Source of the DNA: an uncultured delta proteobacterium
Lineage (GTDB): Bacteria > Desulfobacterota > Desulfobacteria > Desulfobacterales > SG8-13
Assembly (NCBI GenBank): GCA_963848135.1
Contig: CAWKCK010000002.1
Span: 509,684-573,683 of the forward strand
Length of the DNA: 64,000 nt
Direction: 5' to 3'
Both the position numbers and the translations under genes were made by a program. Below the pieces are notes generated by a model. The model saw nothing but the letters and a program-made list of their open reading frames with translations, made no database searches and had not been told where the DNA came from. Below, piece by piece: positions 11,037-18,873 of the stretch. Numbering within the stretch: the first letter of the stretch is position 1; each line of letters begins with the position of its first letter.

Positions 11037-12113
11037 CTACTTCAGCCAGAGTTCAAATAATTTATAACCAACCGACAAAATAACGGCACCGATAAAAAGG
11101 CCCAGAAATCCGAAAGCAATAAACCCTCCGATGGCCCCGAGAAAAATGACCGTCATGGGCACCGGGGCTCCCTTACCCAACAGGACCGCTTTCAAAGGCC
11201 CGTCCGCAATGGTCACCAACACGAGCCAGACAGTGAGAATGACGGCTGTTAGGGTGCTCATCTCCGAAAATGCATAGATGATGATGGGAACGACGACCAA
11301 ACCGATACTAATTTGGATCATAGCCAGAAATAGACATATGAATGCCCACAGTCCGGCATGGGGAACTCCGGCCACAGCGAACCCCAATCCTGCCAGCAGG
11401 GCCTGTATGAGAGCAACACCCAATATTCCTTTGACCACGCTGCGAACCGTTTTTACCGTAATATCAATAAATTCATCCCCGCGGTCTCCGACCAGACGCC
11501 GAAACAGGCTCTTGGTCATCTCTACACCTTTTGGGGCTGAAATCAGGAGGATACCGGCAATAATGATCGAGACGGCAAATATCAATAGGTCTTTGGCGAT
11601 ATTGATGGCTGTTTTCAACAGCCATTTTCCAAGTGCGACCAACTGCGGCTTTAATTTCACTAAAGTCGGTTCGAGGTTGGCAGAAGCCTTTTGCCACACA
11701 TTTTTTACCGACTCACCGATTACGGGCCAATTACCAACCTCTTCCGGCGGAGGCGGTAATTTCAGTTCACCGGACTCAAGTTTTACAGATAGATCGTAAA
11801 CGCTATTTCCACTGGAAACGGCCAGATAGACACCTGGTAAAATAATGATCAGAAGGGCGCAAAGCGTTATGACGGCACCGGCCAACTTACGGCGATCTCC
11901 CAGCTTGGTGTTGAGCTTCTCGTACACGGGATATGTTGCCACGGCGATAATGATTCCCCAGATGATCATAGAGATAAAGGGCCTGAGTATTTGAAAGCAC
12001 CCGGCAAGAACCGCGGCCAGGACACCGAGTCTGATGAAGATATCGACAGGCCTATTTTGGGGTAATACGTCTCTTGCGATCGAACTGGTTTTTTCCATAA
12101 TTCTACGCCCCAA
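11037..12113 (-). CDS. AI-2E family transporter (PerM/UPF0118)
   Basis: 358 aa polytopic membrane protein with typical AI-2E layout and C-terminal motif PLKAVLLGKG..VPMTVIFLGAIGG. Confidence 0.85.
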   Translation of the reverse strand: MGRRIMEKTSSIARDVLPQNRPVDIFIRLGVLAAVLAGCFQILRPFISMIIWGIIIAVATYPVYEKLNTKLGDRRKLAGAVITLCALLIIILPGVYLAVSSGNSVYDLSVKLESGELKLPPPPEEVGNWPVIGESVKNVWQKASANLEPTLVKLKPQLVALGKWLLKTAINIAKDLLIFAVSIIIAGILLISAPKGVEMTKSLFRRLVGDRGDEFIDITVKTVRSVVKGILGVALIQALLAGLGFAVAGVPHAGLWAFICLFLAMIQISIGLVVVPIIIYAFSEMSTLTAVILTVWLVLVTIADGPLKAVLLGKGAPVPMTVIFLGAIGGFIAFGFLGLFIGAVILSVGYKLFELWLK

Positions 12114-12405
12114 TTAACAGAGTATTTTGCGCTTATTGGCGGGCTAAAAAATCACTTGCAACTGTGTTACAGTCGTTGTCAATAAAACGTTCGACTAACG
12201 GAATGTATTATTATTAGCAAGCACAATAACCTTTTTAAATACGTGTGTATAGCGCATAATCCTGAACCCATGATATTGCAGTATTTCAAACGCATGCCAC
12301 GATTCCCGAGGCATCTATGCCTCCATGGCGCGATAAGGTCAAATTCCTGAAAATGGATTCAGTCTTGTGGGGGCTCTCAGGTCTATAGGAAGGAGTCGGG
12401 GGGCA

Positions 12406-12450
12406 AGAGTTCAGGGCTCATGGGTTCAAAATTCAGAGGTTCAGGGTTCC
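12406..12450. repeat. short one-armed copy of the GTTCNNG heptad repeat family
   Basis: AGAGTTCAGGGCTCATGGGTTCAAAATTCAGAGGTTCAGGGTTCC. Same GGTTCAG-type units as at 24.5, 37.9 and 38.4 kb. Confidence 0.5.
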
Positions 12451-12497
12451 ATAAAGACGATAATCCCTTAACTCTGAAAAGATCCTGCTACATATAT

Positions 12498-12537
12498 AAA
12501 GCAGTGGGTAAAGAAATAATTCTCAACCCACTGCTTT
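12498..12537 (-). terminator. hairpin terminator candidate downstream of the secretion operon
   Basis: Perfect 12-bp inverted repeat AAAGCAGTGGGT / ACCCACTGCTTT with a 16-nt loop. On the minus strand it is followed by TTTATATAT. It lies about 150 nt after the TolC-like stop. Confidence 0.45.
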
Positions 12538-12682
12538 AATTATTTATACGGTCCTAATTTTTATTTACATCGATGGGCCCATTGTCCCCTTTCAATTTGC
12601 CGAGGCGGACTCATCGTCGGGCGCAGCCGGAAACCTGCGGGAAATAAAGCACAAAAGAAGGCCATCTTTGGATGGGTACGAC

Positions 12683-14683
12683 TTACCTTCTGGCCTCTTC
12701 TATGGTAACACCCTCGGGCAGAATCCCCTGGGCGCGCGATAACTCGTGCAACGCGATATTATAGTCCGTGATCGCACGATACATACTGCGGCTCGTTAAC
12801 GCATACAGATCCTGAGCACGCAGAAGTTCCAGGTTGCTCGTCTGGCCAATATCGAATCGGGCGAATTCTCCTTCCACCACTTTTTCGGCTGCTTCCCGCG
12901 CCAATCGGGTGGCTTCGATTTCGCCAATGGTGGTTGCTAAACGCTGAAATACTTGTTTTACGTCCAGTCTGATATCATCCTCGAGGCGTTTCACCTGTGC
13001 ATCGGCCTGTAAGCGCTCAAGCTTTTTCCTCCGGTATTGGGCATTGACCGACCGGTTGCCGATCGCCCACGTAAAATTGACACCGACCTCCCAAATATCG
13101 TCCTGGTTCAGTGAGACATCGTCTACCGCCTCACCAAAATCTTGTCCATAACCCGTCAGACCGTAACGCCCGAAAGCGTCGAGCTTCGGAAGACGCAGGT
13201 GCGCGGCCAGCGCTTCATCAGCCTCAGAAATCCTGAACTCCTGCTTGGCTTTCTGAATCTCCGGACGGTACTTGAGAGCGGTTTCAATGGCTTCCATTTC
13301 GTCCAGGTTAATCGGCGCTGTCTGCGGTGGTTCAATGGGGATGACCTCATAGTCCGAATTGATTCGCAACTGATTCCAATTCAAGAGTAGTTTTAGCCGA
13401 TCCATAGCCACCTGAAATTCCTCCTGAGATCGTAACAGGTTGCTGCGGCGCACTTCGACATTGCTGCGTGCGCGTGCGACATCCAACTGTTGTGTGATGC
13501 CCCTGGCAAGACGCTCGGATTCACGGCGATGGACCTCTTCGGCCATCTCGAGGTTCTGCCGGTTGACCGCAATCAGCTCTCTGAACTGATAGAGTTTCCA
13601 GTAGACCTGGGCAACCTTGATCGCGACCTCGATGACTTTCTGACGAAAATCCTCATTAGAAATACTCTCCTGGTAATTGGCGATTTTGATGGCAGTCTTT
13701 TCTTTTTTTGCACCCAAATTATTCAATAGCGGTTGCCGTACTTCGAGGGTTGGAGAAAAAACGTGTTTGTAAACCCGATCGAATTCAGCATTGTTCAGAT
13801 CGCCATATCGAGTTTCAAGATAGGCTGACACACTTCCCCCTGTCGCAAACGGTTTTCTGATGCCGGTCCTGGTGTTCCCCCGATCTTCGGTAACTATATC
13901 AACCACGCTGGATTCAAGGTTCGGATCGCGGCGAAGTGTCATGTCAGAGAACAGCAGCGGATCGTATACCGCTTGGGCGTCTTTGACATCTTCCTGCGCT
14001 TGTTGCGGTCCGTAGGCAACAACACCGATTTCCCGGTTCCCTTCCAGGCTGTAGCGGATGGCATCGATAAGGGACAGCTGGACGGGTGTCATTTTTGTCA
14101 CCGCACCCTTGAACGACTCGGGTCGGGATCCGGAATTCGGCGCTTGTTTCATAGCGGCAATGGGTGGAGATTCTGCTGGCCTCACCGGGGAATCTTCTGA
14201 AACCTGACCGGATTCGGGGATTTCTACCAGTGCCCTCTTTTCTCCTGTCTTCAGATCAGCAGTAAAAATATAATCCCCATTTTCGCTCAATTTCTTGAGC
14301 ATGTATTCATCGACAACATCCTTCTGCACCAGGTGCGCAGCGGCTTGGCGGGCCTCTTCCCTATTCGCGTAGTTACCGATATAGACGCGATACCATTTTC
14401 CCTTCCCATTTATATCCTCACGCCGGCAAAACGGGTCGCACCCCTTATCTCTAAGACGTGAGAAACCCTTTTCGACTTCTGGAAGCGTTTTATAGGCGGC
14501 CACCTGGATAGTAAACCGCTCTCCCATCGGCTGTGACTGGCCATCGCCGATATCACCCACGATGCCGGCATTTGACACGAGGTGATCGGCCTCGGCATTC
14601 ACAACGCAAACATTGCCCAAGAGAATGAGAACAGTAAATAGGCCCGATATGAGATTTTTATGCATGCCCAGCATGTAATTCAT
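12683..14683 (-). CDS. TolC-family outer-membrane factor with N-terminal SPOR domain
   Basis: I place the start at MNYMLGMHKNLISGLFTVLILLGNVCVVNAEA (ATG 14683, 10 nt after the upstream stop); the track ORF start 14878 would overlap the SecA-like gene. SPOR-like FTIQVAAYKTLPEVEKGFSRLRDKG...WYRVYIGNYANREEARQAA. The rest is two OEP-type coiled-coil/beta repeats. Confidence 0.85.
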   Translation of the reverse strand: MNYMLGMHKNLISGLFTVLILLGNVCVVNAEADHLVSNAGIVGDIGDGQSQPMGERFTIQVAAYKTLPEVEKGFSRLRDKGCDPFCRREDINGKGKWYRVYIGNYANREEARQAAAHLVQKDVVDEYMLKKLSENGDYIFTADLKTGEKRALVEIPESGQVSEDSPVRPAESPPIAAMKQAPNSGSRPESFKGAVTKMTPVQLSLIDAIRYSLEGNREIGVVAYGPQQAQEDVKDAQAVYDPLLFSDMTLRRDPNLESSVVDIVTEDRGNTRTGIRKPFATGGSVSAYLETRYGDLNNAEFDRVYKHVFSPTLEVRQPLLNNLGAKKEKTAIKIANYQESISNEDFRQKVIEVAIKVAQVYWKLYQFRELIAVNRQNLEMAEEVHRRESERLARGITQQLDVARARSNVEVRRSNLLRSQEEFQVAMDRLKLLLNWNQLRINSDYEVIPIEPPQTAPINLDEMEAIETALKYRPEIQKAKQEFRISEADEALAAHLRLPKLDAFGRYGLTGYGQDFGEAVDDVSLNQDDIWEVGVNFTWAIGNRSVNAQYRRKKLERLQADAQVKRLEDDIRLDVKQVFQRLATTIGEIEATRLAREAAEKVVEGEFARFDIGQTSNLELLRAQDLYALTSRSMYRAITDYNIALHELSRAQGILPEGVTIEEARR

Positions 14684-14693
14684 TTTTCCCCAT

Positions 14694-16682
14694 CTAAATG
14701 TCATTGGCTGCAAATCCAAGGTGTTGGTCAAGCCAGTTGTCTGCGGAGAGAACATCCCTTCGCATTCGGAAGGAAATACGTTCGGCGCGGCACTGTAGTG
14801 CGTCAGCCAAACGCCGCCATAAAATCGATGATATCTCCCTGTTATTATAACAAAACAATCGCCTAAGGGCAAATGCAATCATACGGGTATGCTTCTGAAT
14901 GAGTTCGTCTTCCAGGCTGATGAAAGCCTGTGCGCTCCCGGGATCGCCCTGTCGGGAACAGCGGCCGAAGAGCTGACGGTCAATGCGCCGGGCATCGAAA
15001 CGTTCGGTGGCGATGACATGCAAGCCCCCCAATTCCGCTACCCCAGAACCCAGACGGATGTCCGTTCCACGACCGGCCATGTTCGTGGAAACGGTTATGC
15101 GGCCCTTTTTACCGGCGCCGGCAATAACCTGGGCTTCAGACGATTGCCGCATAGCATTCAGCAGCCGGTGCGGCAAACCGGTGGCTTTCAGCTGGTCACT
15201 CAAGTATTCACTTTCCCGAATGCCGCCCGTGCCAACCAGAATCGGGCGCCCGATCCGGTGAACGGCGTCAATCTCTGCGACCACAGCCTTCCACTTGTCC
15301 GCAGCCGTCGTGAACACACGATCCGGCTTGACTATCCGGCGGCAGGGACGATGGGTCGGGATAGGAATCACCGGCAATCGATAGATCCCCCACAATTCCG
15401 TCTGTGCTTCGGCCACCGTACCCGACATTCCGGACAGTTTCCGATAGAGGCGGAAAAATCGCTGGAAGCTGATTCTGGCGTATGTTTCTTTGGGAAGGTT
15501 TATTTCGAGCCCTTCCTTGGCTTCGACCGCCTGGTGAAGCCCATCGCGCCAGGTTCGGTCGGGCATGAGTCTTCCGGTGAACTCGTCGACAATGACCACC
15601 TTGTCCTCATCGACGACGTACTGCTTGTCCCGGATAAAGAACGCCACGGCGGAAAGGGCTTGTGAAACCAATTCTTCCCGGCGCCGCCGGCCGGCCCACA
15701 ATCCCCCAAGGGGTGCTGCCATCTCTGCCAGGCGTTGTCTGCCGGCCGGAGTCAGATGGACGTCGCGATAGCGGCGGTCAATCCGAAAATCGGTCGCAGG
15801 ATCCAGTGCACCGGCTAACAGCGCTGCCTGTTTGTAGGCTTGCATGTGTTCTTGATTGGGCGCATCTCCCGAAATCAGCAACGGGGTCACCGCATCATCG
15901 ATGAACACGGAATCAGCCTCGTCGACAATAGCGCACTCCAGCCCGCGCAGGACCAACCGGTCAACTCGAGCCCCGCGGCTGCCAGTCATCTTTGCGAGTA
16001 GCACCGACGGCAACCCCTGAGAGTGGCCAAGAAGAAGGCGGTCACGCAGAAAATCAGCGGCAACCTCTTTGTTGGTGCAGTAGGTAATGTGCGCATTATA
16101 GGCCTGCTTGCGTTCAGCCGGTTCCATTCCCTGGGTAATACACCCCACGGTCAGACCACAAAACCGATAGATGGCCATCATTAATTCGGCGTCCCGCTCG
16201 GCGAGGTAATCATTGGCCGTAATGACGTGACAACCGCGCCCCCGCCAGCCGGCAAGCACCGCCGGCATCGTGGCCGCCAGGGTCTTTCCTTCCCCGGTGG
16301 CCATCTCCGCGACGCAACCGGCTTCCAGGGCCAGCGCAGCAGCGATCTGCTCCCGATAAGGCCGCAGTCCCACTGTCCTCGCGGCAACTTCGCAAACGAT
16401 TGCAAAGGCCAAATAGCCATCTTCCGCGGTATTCCGGCCCAGGAGGAATCGATCGCGCAAGGGATCCATAAGATCACGCAGCTTGCGGTCTGAGGCGTGA
16501 AGAATATCCTTCTCCATTTCTATAATGTTGTCTGCTTGGCGAAGAAAACGATCCGGACTGCGCCTTAACCGACCGGCAAAGCCGGCAGCCTGATGCCACA
16601 GGGCATCCAGCCCGCGGGGCGGTTCGTCACTTTCCAGGCGCTGCGAAAGCATGCGCCATGTGGTGCTGGCCACACTCTCCAT
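14694..16682 (-). CDS. SecA-family ATPase, truncated accessory type (motor domains + PPXD, no C-terminal wing/CTL)
   Basis: 662 aa. MATGEGKTLAA (Walker A; SecA has MRTGEGKTL), ITYCTNKEVAADFLRDRL, IVDEADSVFIDDAVTPLLISG (DEAD box), WRDGLHQAVEAKEGLEI, TNMAGRGTDI, RRIDRQLFGRCSRQGDPGS. The protein ends about 70 aa after NBD2. Confidence 0.9.
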   Translation of the reverse strand: MESVASTTWRMLSQRLESDEPPRGLDALWHQAAGFAGRLRRSPDRFLRQADNIIEMEKDILHASDRKLRDLMDPLRDRFLLGRNTAEDGYLAFAIVCEVAARTVGLRPYREQIAAALALEAGCVAEMATGEGKTLAATMPAVLAGWRGRGCHVITANDYLAERDAELMMAIYRFCGLTVGCITQGMEPAERKQAYNAHITYCTNKEVAADFLRDRLLLGHSQGLPSVLLAKMTGSRGARVDRLVLRGLECAIVDEADSVFIDDAVTPLLISGDAPNQEHMQAYKQAALLAGALDPATDFRIDRRYRDVHLTPAGRQRLAEMAAPLGGLWAGRRRREELVSQALSAVAFFIRDKQYVVDEDKVVIVDEFTGRLMPDRTWRDGLHQAVEAKEGLEINLPKETYARISFQRFFRLYRKLSGMSGTVAEAQTELWGIYRLPVIPIPTHRPCRRIVKPDRVFTTAADKWKAVVAEIDAVHRIGRPILVGTGGIRESEYLSDQLKATGLPHRLLNAMRQSSEAQVIAGAGKKGRITVSTNMAGRGTDIRLGSGVAELGGLHVIATERFDARRIDRQLFGRCSRQGDPGSAQAFISLEDELIQKHTRMIAFALRRLFCYNNREISSILWRRLADALQCRAERISFRMRRDVLSADNWLDQHLGFAANDI

Positions 16683-16683
16683 C

Positions 16684-18861
16684 TTAGACCTCGAATCTCT
16701 TCTGGAAAAGCTGAAGCAGAGAACGCCAACCTTGCAAGAAAAGCGGTTTGGGAGATGTCTCGAACCGCAAGGCCATGGTTTGTCCGGGACGCAGTGTCAT
16801 TGATTCAGGAATCGACGGTAACACCAGTATCTCAAAAAAAGGTTCCGCCGCCTGTCTTCCGGTGGGATCTTCCAGGTCGGTACGTGTGGATCCACCGGCG
16901 GCATAGCCCAGCGCGGCGGATGGCAGCTTTTCCTGTCCGGCCGGAATAATCGTTTCGATTCGGCCGGCAAGCGCGATGTCCGGTCGGCCTTTGACCCTTA
17001 TATCGACTTGCGATTTAGCGTCCGCGAATAACCTCGAGGCGACTTTCTGGCTGGCAATAGCCCGAATACGCAATGCTTCCAGATTGGCGACCACGCCGAT
17101 ACGGTGGCCCTGTTCCAGATACATGGCCTTGATACGGTCGATGTCCGGTGCCACCCAGATCCCGGCTATGGGTGATCTAGGCGCCAAATTATCTATTTTA
17201 AGCTGTGTCCGCTCAATCTGTTCTTCCAGGGCCGTAATCTTTTCATCCATGATCTGGGCGGCAGCGGCTTCTTTGGTCTGGGCAGACTGGCGATTGACCT
17301 GAAGGCGGCGGTATTCGGCGAGAAGTTGATCCCGTTGCGCTTCCAATTCAGGACTGAATGCCCGGATCAATTCGGGTCCGTCCGATCCGATTCTGGCACC
17401 TGAATCCAGAAATTGTCGCACAAAACCGGCTGTCTTCACGTGTATGACAGCATAGTCACGCGGTTCCACCACCCCTTCGACCCGGCAGCGATCCGGCATA
17501 CGAACAAGCCCGAAAACAATGACAAGAAAACAAACAGCCAAGGCGGAGGTGCAAATCGCGCGTTCTCTGCACCGGACGAGTTCGCTGCTCGTCGCCAGGT
17601 AGTGCAGGAACTTCCCCAGTGGTAACACCACCCATCGGACGACCAGGATCGCCACCAGCAGCATGCCTATCGAAAAAAACATGCCCATTAGATAAAAAGC
17701 AATCGCTGCAACAATGACCACGCGACAGACCGTCGAAGCGATGGCGTAGAAGATCAACCACCCTTTTTCGCCGTCAGTGTGACTCGAATCGGAGGCCTTT
17801 TGCAGTCCCCACAGGTATCGTTTGATCAGGTAGCGGACGTACAGTTTCGATCGTGATTCGAGGTTGGGAATCTCTAACACATCCAAAAGGATGTAATACG
17901 CATCGTATCGAAGAAAAGGGTTTCCGTTGAACATCAGGGAAGAAATGCTGGCAATAAACATGACGTTATAGGCGATGGCATGAACCGTGGTCCCCTCGGC
18001 CGTGTGAACCCAAAGTACAGCGGCAATGGCGGCGATGACCAACTCGGCCAACATGCCGCCAGCGCCGACCACAATCCGTTGCCATTTATCTCGCAGCGCC
18101 CAGGCGCTTGAAGCATCCACATACGGCAATGGCGTGAAGACCAGGAAAGTCACGCCCATCTGGTGCACCTCGCCCCCGGCACCGGATTGTTGCCCGAAAT
18201 GTTTACACGAAAAGGCATGGCCCATCTCGTGGAACAATTTCACCAGGACAAGCGCCGCGTATAGCAGAGGCAGGTTCTCTGGGTTTAATATCCCCGAGGC
18301 TTTGGCTGTCAGCGCATCGACATGGCCACCGACAGACCACAGCCCAATGGCCATGATCCCCGTCCACAGGATCGCACCGTACACAGAAAACGCTTTCCCA
18401 ACCACACCAACCCACCGGTTCAGAAACTGGTCCGGATCCCACAACGGTATGCGGACGAAAAGCAGATTTCCAACCGCACCCTTCACCTCGCGCCAAACGC
18501 GTTTTTGGTGCCGCTTGAAGAGGGTTTCCGCGTCGGGGGCGATATTGCCATGCAATAGATTCGAGGAATGCAGCTGACACAGCAGCTGGATCACCTCGCC
18601 CTGGGTCGGTGCGGCATCGCCAAATTGATCCATGCAGATCTGCCACACCTGACTGACGGTGCGTCGTCCATCGAGCATTGAAGCAAAATGGTAAGCGGCG
18701 GCGTTCAGACGAAAGTAGCGGTTATTGACCGGATCCTGCAGAACGTACCATCTGACACCTCGGTAATGCTGTCGGCTGACATTAACCGTGGCCAGCAGTC
18801 TCGGCATGAGTTCCGACACGCGGTACCAGGATTCGCTGAATGTGGGTCGGTCAATCGTCAC
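16684..18861 (-). CDS. fusion protein: PqqD-like N-terminal domain + polytopic M50 (site-2-protease-like) metallopeptidase + C-terminal HlyD/MFP domain
   Basis: 725 aa, GTG start with GGGGG 6 nt upstream. HExxH as FHEMGHAF inside a TM helix; second S2P-type motif NGNPFLRYDAYY. N-terminal 90 aa resemble PqqD/RRE (YFRLNAAAYHFASMLDGRRTVSQVW). C-terminal coiled coil plus barrel-sandwich (RSPIAGIW). Confidence 0.8.
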   Translation of the reverse strand: MTIDRPTFSESWYRVSELMPRLLATVNVSRQHYRGVRWYVLQDPVNNRYFRLNAAAYHFASMLDGRRTVSQVWQICMDQFGDAAPTQGEVIQLLCQLHSSNLLHGNIAPDAETLFKRHQKRVWREVKGAVGNLLFVRIPLWDPDQFLNRWVGVVGKAFSVYGAILWTGIMAIGLWSVGGHVDALTAKASGILNPENLPLLYAALVLVKLFHEMGHAFSCKHFGQQSGAGGEVHQMGVTFLVFTPLPYVDASSAWALRDKWQRIVVGAGGMLAELVIAAIAAVLWVHTAEGTTVHAIAYNVMFIASISSLMFNGNPFLRYDAYYILLDVLEIPNLESRSKLYVRYLIKRYLWGLQKASDSSHTDGEKGWLIFYAIASTVCRVVIVAAIAFYLMGMFFSIGMLLVAILVVRWVVLPLGKFLHYLATSSELVRCRERAICTSALAVCFLVIVFGLVRMPDRCRVEGVVEPRDYAVIHVKTAGFVRQFLDSGARIGSDGPELIRAFSPELEAQRDQLLAEYRRLQVNRQSAQTKEAAAAQIMDEKITALEEQIERTQLKIDNLAPRSPIAGIWVAPDIDRIKAMYLEQGHRIGVVANLEALRIRAIASQKVASRLFADAKSQVDIRVKGRPDIALAGRIETIIPAGQEKLPSAALGYAAGGSTRTDLEDPTGRQAAEPFFEILVLPSIPESMTLRPGQTMALRFETSPKPLFLQGWRSLLQLFQKRFEV

Positions 18862-18873
18862 GTCGGCCCCCGA

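Noticed and set aside
14889-15665. 258-aa + strand ORF
   Set aside because: It is antisense to the SecA-like gene, whose translation carries unmistakable family motifs. The + frame has none.
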